From: a virus
Taxonomy: Duplodnaviria; Heunggongvirae; Uroviricota; Caudoviricetes
Strand: one strand, 5' to 3'
IMG/VR virus record: IMGVR_UViG_3300033141_002732
Length of the DNA stretch: 64,000 bases
Positions 1 to 10,146 of this stretch are shown piece after piece (position 1 is the first letter of the stretch; each line of letters starts with the position of its first letter). Both the position numbers and the translations under genes were made by a program. Below the pieces are notes generated by a model. The model ran no database searches, was not told the origin of the DNA, and saw only the letters and a list, made by a program, of their open reading frames with translations.

Positions 1-38
1 GCATTGGCTTAAAATAAATCATCTAACATTATCCTCCA

Positions 39-953
39 TTATAACAAAAACACATCGTCTTGTTTCTCTTCTTTTTTCTTATCTATAATTTTTGATTTAA
101 TTTTTGATCCATCTTTATCACAAAACTTTTTATATAAACAATATTTACATTGTTTTGTAGTAAACCCAATAGGTTCAGGAACTTCTTTTGTTCTTATACT
201 ATTTTGAAGGAGAGTTGATCTTTCTAGAAAGGATTTAGCTAATTCACTATTAAATTTAATATCAAATGCAACCACTTTTCTTAGATTTCGAAACACATAT
301 ATAATAGTAACATTTTCAATATTATAATTATATTCATTATTCAAAATATAAACATATATAATAGCTTGAAAATAATGTTCTTTATCATAATTATTTTTAA
401 ATCTATTATCATCAACACTTTTTATCTCATAAAGAAACTTATCCTTAATTGCATCAACTCGTCCTTTAACTTTATATATTTCACTAACAACTGTTTTTTC
501 AATCTCAGAAAAATTATAAATATCTTGAATTATATTATGTATTTCATTACCAACTTTTTGCATCATATATAAATATGAAAATTGATATTGTTTCTTTATA
601 TCTACTGGATATTTTAATCTTTTATAATAACTTTCTCTTATACATGAACATAATTCAGTAACAGAGATATATGGTCTTTCATAGCTCTGTATTCTCTTAT
701 GATCATCTATTAATCTAGCTCTCATAAGAGATTCAAACAAATTTACATTAAAACCAACAGAAGAATTATTTCTATAATTATTAATGTCAGCATGAATATC
801 AAAAAATTCTTCTGGAATACTATTTTTTTCTTGCTTAATCTCAACAACTTTTTCTTTTTTCTTTAAATTTTTCGAAATATCTATAACTGTATTACTATTA
901 GGTTTCTGACTTTCTAAATATGAAAGAAGTTCTTTATATTCATTACTTTGCAC
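39..953 (-). CDS. Cas4/RecB-like PD-(D/E)xK nuclease with C-terminal Cys cluster
   Basis: Motifs 'KGRVDAIKDKFLYEIKS' (D...E.K core), N-terminal Cys ('LCSC'), and C-terminal 'CKYCLYKKFC' (C-x2-C-x5-C) typical of Fe-S Cas4-like exonucleases. Confidence 0.45.
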   Translation of the reverse strand: MQSNEYKELLSYLESQKPNSNTVIDISKNLKKKEKVVEIKQEKNSIPEEFFDIHADINNYRNNSSVGFNVNLFESLMRARLIDDHKRIQSYERPYISVTELCSCIRESYYKRLKYPVDIKKQYQFSYLYMMQKVGNEIHNIIQDIYNFSEIEKTVVSEIYKVKGRVDAIKDKFLYEIKSVDDNRFKNNYDKEHYFQAIIYVYILNNEYNYNIENVTIIYVFRNLRKVVAFDIKFNSELAKSFLERSTLLQNSIRTKEVPEPIGFTTKQCKYCLYKKFCDKDGSKIKSKIIDKKKEEKQDDVFLL

Positions 954-1509
954 TATAATTCTCTAAAATAGAAATAGCACTTTCTACAAGATTATCTCTT
1001 AAAATTTTATATGCATCTTCGATAATCTTACCAGTCCAATCATTCAATTTATCATAATTTTTAGATTCAGAAATAGTTCTTGCAATTAGTAAATTATCTA
1101 CTGCTAAAGAAAATGCTTTTTCTCGAATTTTAGTTTCAATCAAATTTGTAACATCAACAGAATCTTTTTTCTTATTTTCTAAAATTTCTTTTAAACTATT
1201 TTTAATATCTTTTCTGGCTTTTTCATTAGAAACTAATTTCTGACAATTTTCTCTGGCAATTTTTGCACTATTTTTAGCCATAGAATGAAGAGATTTTGTA
1301 TCAATTTTTTCCTGAATAGCTTTTGGAGAAAAATCAATAAGTTTAAACATCTCCATAACTACGGACAATATTGCACCTTTAATAGATAAATAATCTTCAG
1401 CCATAATTGGACAACATCCATTTAACTTCTTCACATTCTTTCCAAACAAAACATAATCAAGACTATAAAAATTTTCAAGAATCCTGATTTTTGACTCTTT
1501 AGTTAACAT
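943..1509 (-). CDS. hypothetical protein
   Basis: 188-aa ORF, co-directional with neighbours, no recognisable motif. Confidence 0.4.
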   Translation of the reverse strand: MLTKESKIRILENFYSLDYVLFGKNVKKLNGCCPIMAEDYLSIKGAILSVVMEMFKLIDFSPKAIQEKIDTKSLHSMAKNSAKIARENCQKLVSNEKARKDIKNSLKEILENKKKDSVDVTNLIETKIREKAFSLAVDNLLIARTISESKNYDKLNDWTGKIIEDAYKILRDNLVESAISILENYSAK

Positions 1510-1533
1510 AATATTACACCTCCAAAAAAATTA

Positions 1534-1824
1534 TTATTTATAAGAAAAGCTTGAATTTTCATCTTCAATAACTTCTAATAATACCCGTCTAGAATCAGAA
1601 GGGAACTTAGTATTTTTAACAGCTAAACATAAAACTTTAAGTGCATCAATAGTTCTGCCTTTCTTTCCAATAACTTTACCAAAATCTGAAGTATTTACTT
1701 CAAGTTGAATTATAATTGCTTTTGTAGAAATAGAAATCTTAACTTTTACATTTTCAGAAAAATCAACAATCTTCTCTACATTATACAGAACAAAATCTTC
1801 TAGTAACTGGGACATAGATTTCAT
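1534..1824 (-). CDS. KH-domain RNA-binding protein (KhpA/YlqC-like)
   Basis: 'GKVIGKKGRTIDALKVL' matches the KH-domain GxxG loop consensus (IGKKGrti); 96 aa. Confidence 0.5.
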   Translation of the reverse strand: MKSMSQLLEDFVLYNVEKIVDFSENVKVKISISTKAIIIQLEVNTSDFGKVIGKKGRTIDALKVLCLAVKNTKFPSDSRRVLLEVIEDENSSFSYK

Positions 1825-1920
1825 AAAAATTTCTCCTTTTCATTAATATTTACTTAATTATATATATACCTCTTAATTTTTAATTTGTTCTATATAATAG
1901 TTGTTATTAGAAAGAAATCT

Positions 1921-3210
1921 TTATATAATTTCAGGATCGTATTTCTCTTTAATATCTCTTTGAATAGCATCTTTTGTAAGTTCATCAAAAGCATCTTTAA
2001 AAGTTTCATCAGTTCTATATAAAGAATGTGCATCTTTAGTTCGAAAACTTTTATTTGGTAAATTTATTAAATGACACCATGCAGCTGAATTTATTCTTTT
2101 AGTTTCTTTCAAAAATTCATAATTTGTCCAAAAATTAGAAAAACCTCTAACGAAATCTCCAATAATTTTTACTTCAATATTTGGAGTAAATAGTTTATTT
2201 TTAACCATATTAACTCCAACAAGTATACCATCAAAACCATATGTCTCAGATTTCAATATTCCTCTGATTTTCATTTCAGCTAAATGAAATGAATTATATC
2301 GAAGAATATTTCCACCACCCATTGTTTTACCACTTGATAAAAACCTAAGATCTTTAACCCCAGAAAATGGTCCTATATTAACATCATCTCTTAATTGTTG
2401 AACAGCAATTAAACTGATATTATAATGTCCAAGTTTTGTAATATATTTAGGTAATAACAAAGAAAGTAATTTTGCTTTGTATCCAATTACAGAATTCGGA
2501 TCATCTGCTTCTCTTTCTTTTTGTGATAAAGTATTTGCAATTGAATCCCATATAACAACAGATGGAACGTCAACCATTTTCTTTTGTTCTTTAAATAAAC
2601 ATAACCCCTCTAAAAATTGGAAAACTTTCTCTACAGTAATATCAGTATATGGTTTAATTTTTGGATATCTAACTCCAAGATTTGAAAGTCTAATTGTGGT
2701 TGTAGCTTCTTCAGAATCTAAAAATGCAGAAATTGATTTTCCTTTATATTTTAATTGACTCTGTCCTAAAGTTTGAATTGCTAACATAGACTTTCCACTT
2801 CCAGCTTGACCAACAACTATATTAAATGCTCCAACCGCAAAACCACCACCTAATATAGCATCTAATACATCAATTCCTGTAGGAACAGTCTGTTTTACTC
2901 CAAGATCTTGAACTAAAGTAGTTTTCTTTTCTATAAATGAATTAAATTCAGCATATAAATCATTACTTTCTTTATTTACTTCATCTTTAATTTTATTATC
3001 TTCAACATTCAGATTTTGTTTTTCTTCTTCATTATTTATCTCAACTTTTTCAATCTCTTCTTCATTATCATCTTTTAATTTTATAGAATCCATTACTTCA
3101 TCAACATCTAGATTTGGAAACTCCTTATCATTATTTTCTACAACATTTTTATCTTCTTCAATTATTGAATCACTAGTTTCATTTTGTTCTTCTTGAATGA
3201 TATCTTCCAT
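1921..3210 (-). CDS. RecA-family recombinase (UvsX/RadA-like) with acidic N-terminal extension
   Basis: Walker A 'VVGQAGSGKSMLA', 'FLDSEEA' and 'VVIWDSIA' (Walker B-like) in RecA-fold order. The first ~110 aa are acidic and low-complexity. Confidence 0.6.
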   Translation of the reverse strand: MEDIIQEEQNETSDSIIEEDKNVVENNDKEFPNLDVDEVMDSIKLKDDNEEEIEKVEINNEEEKQNLNVEDNKIKDEVNKESNDLYAEFNSFIEKKTTLVQDLGVKQTVPTGIDVLDAILGGGFAVGAFNIVVGQAGSGKSMLAIQTLGQSQLKYKGKSISAFLDSEEATTTIRLSNLGVRYPKIKPYTDITVEKVFQFLEGLCLFKEQKKMVDVPSVVIWDSIANTLSQKEREADDPNSVIGYKAKLLSLLLPKYITKLGHYNISLIAVQQLRDDVNIGPFSGVKDLRFLSSGKTMGGGNILRYNSFHLAEMKIRGILKSETYGFDGILVGVNMVKNKLFTPNIEVKIIGDFVRGFSNFWTNYEFLKETKRINSAAWCHLINLPNKSFRTKDAHSLYRTDETFKDAFDELTKDAIQRDIKEKYDPEII

Positions 3211-3230
3211 AATTACTCCATAATAATAAT

Positions 3231-3656
3231 TTATGATAAAACAGAAACTTTATCTAATACTTTTTCTTTACTGTCTTCTAATTTATCTCTAGAAAACTTT
3301 TGAAAACTCTCAACTTTCTTAGCTATCTTTTTAATATCTAAAAAATCAGCAATATCATCATCTTTACCGGTTTTATCTAATTTTCTTCTCAACTCAATTT
3401 CATCTTTTACACTTTTAATAATTTCTTTCCTCATATCTAATAAACTATTAAAAAATAATGTTAAAGTTTTCATTCTCTCTTCAAAATAAAATTTAAATCT
3501 TTTATCTATACTTTCTGGAATAAGAGTATTTATATTCTCTTTCAAACTTTCCATTTCAACAATCATATTTTTTATTGCTTGTCTATGAGAATTATATTCA
3601 TTTAATAAACCATCAATCAATAATTCATCTTTATTTTCAACATTATTATTTTCCAT
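3231..3656 (-). CDS. hypothetical coiled-coil protein
   Basis: 141-aa K/E-rich ORF, co-directional. Confidence 0.35.
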   Translation of the reverse strand: MENNNVENKDELLIDGLLNEYNSHRQAIKNMIVEMESLKENINTLIPESIDKRFKFYFEERMKTLTLFFNSLLDMRKEIIKSVKDEIELRRKLDKTGKDDDIADFLDIKKIAKKVESFQKFSRDKLEDSKEKVLDKVSVLS

Positions 3657-3660
3657 ATTC

Positions 3661-3867
3661 TTACTCCATAATAACTTTCATTTTTCCAGTAACATCAAGT
3701 GAATTTCTTAAATATCCAGTATTTATAAAACTACCATCTTCTTTTATAAAATTACATTTAAATTCAGTATTTCTATTTGGATTAGTTCCTTGACAAAAAT
3801 CTATACCATCTCTTACATAAGGACAATTAGCAGAATATTTACAAACTTGACCAGGTTTTAATAACAT
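3661..3867 (-). CDS. small Cys-containing hypothetical protein
   Basis: 68-aa ORF packed between neighbours. Confidence 0.3.
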   Translation of the reverse strand: MLLKPGQVCKYSANCPYVRDGIDFCQGTNPNRNTEFKCNFIKEDGSFINTGYLRNSLDVTGKMKVIME

Positions 3868-4079
3868 TTTTGACTCCTCATTTTATCTACTCTTGATATT
3901 TTTTTAATATTTTTAAATTTTATTTTAATAATTTCATGACCATTATCTTTAACATTATTTATTTCAAAAGCATATTTCAAAGCACATTTTTTAGAACAAA
4001 TCATATTTATCATACAATTTTTACATGGATCAAATAATGGTTTTTTTACTAAACCATATATTGCTTTCAAACATTCCAT
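3858..4079 (-). CDS. small Cys-rich hypothetical protein
   Basis: 73 aa, 'CKNCMINMICSKKC' cysteine cluster. Confidence 0.3.
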   Translation of the reverse strand: MECLKAIYGLVKKPLFDPCKNCMINMICSKKCALKYAFEINNVKDNGHEIIKIKFKNIKKISRVDKMRSQKCY

Positions 4080-4177
4080 ATCAAACCTTTTTAATAATTT
4101 GTTCCAAATTATATTTTACATTTCCCACCTTTCTTTAAAAACATTGAATAAAATATATTTATATATCTATTTTTATA

Positions 4178-5056
4178 TTAACAAATTCTATTAGCTAAAT
4201 TTCCAGTGTTACATTCATCTTTATGTCCGTACTTGTAATGACATTCTTTACAAACAGAAATTCCAAAGTCTGGATCTAATGAGAAAAATGGTTCTAATTT
4301 TTGTGGACGAGTATGATGAACATGTTCTGCTTTTTCTCCACAATAAACACACTTATAATCATCTCGTTTTAGAACAATTTCTCTAAATGTTTGATATTCT
4401 TCTTGATTATATTGAAAACCACTCCCTTTATAAGTTCCCTGTTTTATTTCTACTTCTTTTATTAATTGTGATACTTTTTTACCATAAAGAGGACAAATAT
4501 TTTTACATTCTTTTGAACAATAGAAATTCGATTCACCAAATCCTTTTGGTTTTTCAATAGCTCTTATTCTAGCACTTATTTGATCATTAGTTGGAGTAAA
4601 CCAACCACCTTGTTCTTTCGAATTAAGACAATTATGATTTTTACAATGTACTTGTATTTCTTTTTCTCCAGGTTTATCTGGATTATATCTCATTTCTTCT
4701 ATTTTAGAAAAAAATGGATATTTTTCTCGAATCATTTCAATTGTAAATTTATTTGGTCCCTGTCTTCCTTTACAACTCTTAACTAATTTTTTGGAATACT
4801 TTTGAATTCTTATATCGTTTTCTTTATTTAAACCCTTATTCCATGGTTTCTTACCAAACATTGGATTTGATATTCCAATATTCTTATTTCTTAATCTTTT
4901 AATTGTTTCTTTCGAATGTTTTCTATTTACAGAAGATATTCTAAATTTTTCTCGATTAACTGGACAACTTTGCCAATTCTTTTCACAACAATATTTTTTA
5001 ATATGTTTAAGAAAATATTTTCCTTCTCTTCCACAACCATAATAACATAATTGCAT
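4178..5056 (-). CDS. HNH homing endonuclease with NUMOD3-like repeats
   Basis: C-terminal 'CVYCGEKAEHVHHTRPQ...CKECHYKYGHKDEC' HNH/zinc motif, repeated 'NxGxxxxGKKxWNKG' NUMOD-like segments. Starts 2 nt after the RNR stop. Confidence 0.7.
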   Translation of the reverse strand: MQLCYYGCGREGKYFLKHIKKYCCEKNWQSCPVNREKFRISSVNRKHSKETIKRLRNKNIGISNPMFGKKPWNKGLNKENDIRIQKYSKKLVKSCKGRQGPNKFTIEMIREKYPFFSKIEEMRYNPDKPGEKEIQVHCKNHNCLNSKEQGGWFTPTNDQISARIRAIEKPKGFGESNFYCSKECKNICPLYGKKVSQLIKEVEIKQGTYKGSGFQYNQEEYQTFREIVLKRDDYKCVYCGEKAEHVHHTRPQKLEPFFSLDPDFGISVCKECHYKYGHKDECNTGNLANRIC

Positions 5057-5058
5057 AT

Positions 5059-6795
5059 TTATATCTCACAAGAACCATTAGCACATTTATAATCATCTTC
5101 TTGTCTTTTGCCAAAAACTTCAGAACTATTTGTAGTAAGCTCAAAAGAAACTTCTTCTGAAGTAAGTCTATTTAATATCTGATTATCTCTACTTCCATCT
5201 ACATAAACAGTAACACCTTTTAAATCTTTTATATATTCTAATAAAAGATTATCTAACTCTTGTACAGTTGTATCTTTAGGAAGGTTAATCGTCTTCGATA
5301 CAGCGCCATCAACATATTTTTGAACTATAGATTGAACTTCAAAATGATCTTGCGGTTTAATATCAAAAGAATCTACAAACCATTCTGGAATTTCTTGTCC
5401 ATTTTCAATACATTCTCTATATAAATCATGAATATAAACTCTAGAACTAACTTCATCATCTCTTCTATATGCTTTAGAAAATAAAGGCTCAATTCCACTT
5501 GTAACATCTGCTAATAAAGAGATAGTTCCAGTTGGAGCAATAGCCATACCTGTAACACATCTAACTCCTTTTTTCTTAATATCCATTCTTAATGGAGCTG
5601 GAAGTTTTCTTATAAAAGAAGCTTTTAAATATTGAATTGAATCAAATTTAGGAAAAGCACCTTTTTCTACAGATAATTCAACTAGAGATTCATAAACATT
5701 ATCTCTAATAAATTTCATTAATTTCTCAATTTCAATAATTGATCTTTCAGACCCATATTGAACTTGTTTTGCAAATAAATATTCAGCTAAACCCATAACA
5801 CCAATTCCAATTCTTCTTGAAGTATGAGCTTTTATATCAATTTCTTTTAAAACATATTTATTTACATCTATAACATTATCTAGAAATCTTACTGCAAGTT
5901 TAATTGTTTGACTTAATTTTCTCCAGTTAGTATTTACATTACCCGTAATAAAATTGGGTAAAACAAGAGACCCCAAATCACATACATCATGTGGTGAAAG
6001 TATCGCTTCTCCACATGGATTGGTAGAAACAACTGGATCATAATAATAAGAATTATTTTTTAATAAATTTGTAAAATTTAACAAACCAGGTTCAGCACAT
6101 AATACCATATTTTTAAGAATTTTATTCCATATATCTCTTGCTTTTACTTTTTCATAACTTCTTTGTTTAAATTTAAATTCCCAATCAGAATCCATTTCAA
6201 CACATTCTAAAAATTTATTAGTTATACCAGCTGAAATATTATAGCAATTCAATTTTCCATGAACTAATTTTGAATCTATAAAATTAAGAATTTCTGGATG
6301 AGTTATATCAACACAAGCTAAAGCTGCAGCTCTCCTACTTCCACCACTTTCAATTGTTTCTGCCACAAAATTAGATGCTTCTAAAAAACTAACGAGTCCA
6401 GAAGATGTTCCTCCTTTTCCAAGTATCTCATCACCTTTTGGTCTAAGAGATGAAAAATTTACTCCAACTCCTCCTCCTTCAGACCATAAAATCAAAGCGT
6501 CTTTTATAAATTGTCCTATCTCTTCAATTGAATCTCCAATAGGTAAAACATAACAATTAAATAAAGAACCTCTTGGTCTTCCAGAATTTCTAATAATTCT
6601 GCCACCCGGAAGAAAATCCATATTGTAAATCATCTCATGAAATTTCTTTGTATACTCTGATCTTTTACCAGATTCTGCTTGAGCAACAATATCTGAAACT
6701 CTATATGTAGCAGATTCCCAATTTTCACCATCCAAAAAATATCTTTTTCTTGCTACTTCAAAAGCATTACCTGATAACATAACTTTTTTTGTCAT
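5059..6795 (-). CDS. ribonucleotide reductase catalytic subunit (likely class II, cobalamin-dependent NrdJ-like)
   Basis: Active-site 'TNPCGEA' plus radical-Cys region. 578 aa with no NrdB partner visible, so class II is favoured. Confidence 0.7.
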   Translation of the reverse strand: MTKKVMLSGNAFEVARKRYFLDGENWESATYRVSDIVAQAESGKRSEYTKKFHEMIYNMDFLPGGRIIRNSGRPRGSLFNCYVLPIGDSIEEIGQFIKDALILWSEGGGVGVNFSSLRPKGDEILGKGGTSSGLVSFLEASNFVAETIESGGSRRAAALACVDITHPEILNFIDSKLVHGKLNCYNISAGITNKFLECVEMDSDWEFKFKQRSYEKVKARDIWNKILKNMVLCAEPGLLNFTNLLKNNSYYYDPVVSTNPCGEAILSPHDVCDLGSLVLPNFITGNVNTNWRKLSQTIKLAVRFLDNVIDVNKYVLKEIDIKAHTSRRIGIGVMGLAEYLFAKQVQYGSERSIIEIEKLMKFIRDNVYESLVELSVEKGAFPKFDSIQYLKASFIRKLPAPLRMDIKKKGVRCVTGMAIAPTGTISLLADVTSGIEPLFSKAYRRDDEVSSRVYIHDLYRECIENGQEIPEWFVDSFDIKPQDHFEVQSIVQKYVDGAVSKTINLPKDTTVQELDNLLLEYIKDLKGVTVYVDGSRDNQILNRLTSEEVSFELTTNSSEVFGKRQEDDYKCANGSCEI

Positions 6796-6811
6796 TTATA
6801 TTTACTCCTTA

Positions 6812-7666
6812 TTAATAATCTGTAGTAATTGTTAAATGAAATGGATTAGAACATTCTTTTCTTCTAGACCATAACCACATATCAATATTTGCAATTGACA
6901 TTTTTGTATTTTCTTGTATTTTTTTACAAACTAATATAGTTGCTGATCTAATTTCAGCTTCCATTAATGAACCTTTTTCTATTAGCTCAAAATTTCTTAT
7001 TTTATTTTCTAACCCATAGGAATATGAAATACACCCATAATTTTTAAGAACACGAGGAAGTTGATAATCTGCAGGAACAAATACATTATTTAAATAATTA
7101 TGAAAACAACCAAATTTTCTATTCATTGTGAGAAAAAACAGAGAAGCTCGTTTTAAGAATATGTCTGAAGCATATCCCGGGAAAAATCTAATTAGTTCTT
7201 GTAATGGAGGTTCATATCCATTTTGTAGATGACGTAAAAATATACTAGAAAAGTCAAACCATAATTCATTAACTTCTTTTAAATGTTTTATTCTATCTTC
7301 TAAAAGTGGAAATCTATAAATAATTAATTGATCAATAAAATGATCTAAAAATTCTAAATCACCACCTAATTTAAGATTTTCATAAAATGTTTTATCCAAT
7401 AATTCATACATTTTCATTGCTGAAGAATTTCCAGGTCTAAAATATGGAGAAGCATACCAATAACAATAGTTTATAGAATTAGCAACAAGTTCAAAAGTTA
7501 TCTCATCAATAGTAGGTTCTAAAACTTTAAAAGAATTATTATTCTCAATATTCTGTAATATAATATTAGATAATATTTCAACATTTTCATAATGAATATT
7601 AACATATTTTGGATTTTTCATAAAATAATTTACTGCATCAAAAACACCTTTCCATATATCATCCAT
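6812..7666 (-). CDS. hypothetical protein
   Basis: 284-aa ORF, no confident motif. Confidence 0.4.
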   Translation of the reverse strand: MDDIWKGVFDAVNYFMKNPKYVNIHYENVEILSNIILQNIENNNSFKVLEPTIDEITFELVANSINYCYWYASPYFRPGNSSAMKMYELLDKTFYENLKLGGDLEFLDHFIDQLIIYRFPLLEDRIKHLKEVNELWFDFSSIFLRHLQNGYEPPLQELIRFFPGYASDIFLKRASLFFLTMNRKFGCFHNYLNNVFVPADYQLPRVLKNYGCISYSYGLENKIRNFELIEKGSLMEAEIRSATILVCKKIQENTKMSIANIDMWLWSRRKECSNPFHLTITTDY

Positions 7667-7696
7667 TTAATTCTCCCTTCAATTTCAAAAAAAAAA

Positions 7697-8038
7697 TTAT
7701 ATTAATTCTTCTAATTCTTTTTCTGCTTCATCTTCAGCATTTTCATGTTGGGAATCCAACATTTCTAATAATTCTTCAAATTCTCCAAAATGAACTTTTT
7801 CTTCATAAGCAACATCTAATAATACTTCTTTTACTCGATCATTTGTTGCTATTTGAGCCATTCTCTCATATAAATTTACTGCATCAGTTTCTGCAATAAT
7901 TGCTAATCTTAATAACTGAATATCTTTATAATCACCTGAAGTTTTTTCTATATCATTTAACTTCATAAATAGTTCTGTTAAAATTTTTCCTTTATTTTCT
8001 TTTGTTTCTTGTAATTTATTTAAATAATATTTCAGCAT
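7697..8038 (-). CDS. ferritin-like / rubrerythrin-like diiron protein
   Basis: 'AIIAETDAVNLYERMA...AYEEKVHFGEFEELL' fits the ferritin-like E...EE..H helix-pair pattern. Confidence 0.45.
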   Translation of the reverse strand: MLKYYLNKLQETKENKGKILTELFMKLNDIEKTSGDYKDIQLLRLAIIAETDAVNLYERMAQIATNDRVKEVLLDVAYEEKVHFGEFEELLEMLDSQHENAEDEAEKELEELI

Positions 8039-8040
8039 CT

Positions 8041-8454
8041 TTATTTTTCCTCTTTAGATTTAAATAACATATAATGTTGTTCTTTATAATCAGCAGTTTT
8101 TCTTCTAGTTACTGCTACATTAATAAAATGATATCTTCCTTTAATTTTCTTTCCAAAAAAATCTATAACAATATGTGCATTTGTATATTGTTCAATTTCA
8201 CAAGAACCAATGTCAAATTTTTTAAGAGTTCCAGCACCATAACCAGATTCAATTTTTCCAACAAATAATGCTTCTTTTTCACTATGATCATGAGTTCTAA
8301 TTGCTAAAACTCTTTCACCACTTTTTAATGGAACCCCTTTTCTAATTGCAAATGAAGCCCAATTATTTGAATTTGGAATCCGAAACCTTAGATCTTGATG
8401 CTTCTTAGCTTTTTTTGCATCATGATCAATAACTATAAATTTAGAAGTTGTCAT
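8041..8454 (-). CDS. LigD-type 3'-phosphoesterase (PE) domain protein
   Basis: 'FIVIDHDAKKAKKHQDLRFRI', 'SFAIRKGVPL', 'HDHSEKEALFVGKIESGYGAGTL' and 'GKKIKGRYHFINV' align with the LigD_N consensus (FVVQkHhArrlHYDlRLE / SWAvPKGPS / EDHPleY..FEG.IP.GeYGaGtV / GeKLkGrw.L). Confidence 0.65.
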   Translation of the reverse strand: MTTSKFIVIDHDAKKAKKHQDLRFRIPNSNNWASFAIRKGVPLKSGERVLAIRTHDHSEKEALFVGKIESGYGAGTLKKFDIGSCEIEQYTNAHIVIDFFGKKIKGRYHFINVAVTRRKTADYKEQHYMLFKSKEEK

Positions 8455-8463
8455 AAAATCCTC

Positions 8464-8712
8464 TTATTTTATTTTAAATACTTCTACTGTAAAATGAATT
8501 TCTGGAATTGAATCACCTTGTTTATAAGAAACTTCTTCTTTTAAAATTGGAACAAAATCTCCAGATTTTAAATTTTTTTCTGAAGTTACAAAATCATCTA
8601 TAGGAACTTTAAACAATTCATATTTACCCATTCCCCTATCTTTACTATTTGAGTTTGGAAGTTCTAAATAATCTTTCAAATATATTTCAGGAATATCATT
8701 ATTATTACTCAT
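8464..8712 (-). CDS. hypothetical protein
   Basis: 82-aa ORF. Confidence 0.35.
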   Translation of the reverse strand: MSNNNDIPEIYLKDYLELPNSNSKDRGMGKYELFKVPIDDFVTSEKNLKSGDFVPILKEEVSYKQGDSIPEIHFTVEVFKIK

Positions 8713-8924
8713 TCCTCTCTCCTCTGTATATTTTAATAAATTAGAACCATATAAAGGATTTAACCAAAATTCTCCAACATAAAGAAATAATTCTACTTCC
8801 TTTCCAACAATATCTTTTTCTCTTCATACATAATTAATATTTTTTTTGATTATGTATATCATTCTTAAAACAAAAATCTTTAAATTGTTTATAATTTCCA
8901 GAAATAACCGCTATCTAATAATTA

Positions 8925-9389
8925 TTATTCCTCAAGTGCCAATCTAGCCAAAGAATAAGCATCTGCCAAATTGTCATCATCAAATTCAACTCCCCACTTT
9001 TTAAAAACTTTAAGAAGCATTAAATTTTTTTTCGCATTTCCTTTTCCAGTAACAAATTTCTTTAAAGATCCCGGAGGAATAACTTTATAATTCATTTTAT
9101 TTTGATAAAAATATATTCTTATATAATAATTAAGAGCTCCCATTTCTAAAATAGATTGACCTTTTGATTGATAACTAGGACCCTCAATATATATAGATAA
9201 TAAATTATCATTATTTTTTAGAACGTTATCAATACTTCTAATAATTTCATTAAGTATAAATAAAATTCTAAATTCTATTTCATCTCCTGTTTTACTCTTT
9301 ATTAATTGTTTTTCTATAATCTCAGCACTTTCATTTAAAATAATTAAACCAGTTCCATCAAATGATAAATCTAATCCACAATATAACAT
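8925..9389 (-). CDS. RuvC-like Holliday junction resolvase
   Basis: N-terminal 'MLYCGLDLSFDGTGLIIL' and C-terminal 'DDNLADAYSLARLA' match the RuvC catalytic Asp regions. Confidence 0.6.
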   Translation of the reverse strand: MLYCGLDLSFDGTGLIILNESAEIIEKQLIKSKTGDEIEFRILFILNEIIRSIDNVLKNNDNLLSIYIEGPSYQSKGQSILEMGALNYYIRIYFYQNKMNYKVIPPGSLKKFVTGKGNAKKNLMLLKVFKKWGVEFDDDNLADAYSLARLALEE

Positions 9390-9409
9390 AATAAATCCTT
9401 TATTTTAAC

Positions 9410-10129
9410 TTATCCAAAATCTACTACAATATTCATTAAAGGTCCCATAGAAAGTTTTTCTATTAATTCTCTTTTCTTCTCTTTTCCCTCATCCAAAACA
9501 TCACCTTCTAAAGGAATTTCACCAAATGGAGTTCTTAAATTTCCTCCACCATATTTTTTTCTTATGCGACCTAATATGATCATGATATCAGCCAAACAAA
9601 AATCACAAAATAGAATTTGAAATTCATTTGGAATTCCTCTAAAATCTGATGGTTGCATTCTCTCATATACAACTGTTAATTGTGTTTCATTATTTGGTGT
9701 TGGAGAAATTCTTACTATATTTGGATGTTTAAATTCAAAACCATAATCCCAAGAAGAAAAATGTTTAATCATCATTGAAACTTCGACATCTAAAGCCCAT
9801 TCTCTGAGTTCAGATAATGTAAATGGACCAATGGGAGGATGTCCAAACATAATTAAATTAGACTGAGGAAAAATAATATCAACTACATTTAAAATTTCAA
9901 GACCTTCAGGTTCATTAAGATAATATTCATTGCTTCTTCCAGGAACTTGATTACTTTCTAAAGTAGTATTTAATGACATATTTTTTGGTTGAGGAACATA
10001 ATAAGAAAACTCTCTTAAAGTATATTGTTTTATATGATTAATAATTACATCATCATCCATTTCAACACCAACATATGGAAACCCTAAATTAGATTTTATA
10101 TAATTTAAAACTCTACTTTCATTTAACAT
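9410..10129 (-). CDS. hypothetical protein
   Basis: 239-aa ORF, co-directional. Confidence 0.4.
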   Translation of the reverse strand: MLNESRVLNYIKSNLGFPYVGVEMDDDVIINHIKQYTLREFSYYVPQPKNMSLNTTLESNQVPGRSNEYYLNEPEGLEILNVVDIIFPQSNLIMFGHPPIGPFTLSELREWALDVEVSMMIKHFSSWDYGFEFKHPNIVRISPTPNNETQLTVVYERMQPSDFRGIPNEFQILFCDFCLADIMIILGRIRKKYGGGNLRTPFGEIPLEGDVLDEGKEKKRELIEKLSMGPLMNIVVDFG

Positions 10130-10146
10130 AAAATAAACTCCTAATT

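Noticed and set aside
2477-2758. Plus-strand 93-aa ORF inside the recombinase gene
   Set aside because: Antisense to a well-supported CDS. It has low-complexity composition typical of spurious ORFs in AT-rich DNA.
4580-4786. Antisense ORFs inside the HNH genes (also 28870-29052)
   Set aside because: Both lie opposite the conserved HNH coding sequence. They are mirror images of each other only because the HNH genes are duplicated.
5059-6795. Possibility that the RNR is class I (NrdA)
   Set aside because: No NrdB-like partner (Fe-binding EExxH pairs) is nearby, and the protein is only 578 aa. Class II is more likely but not proven.
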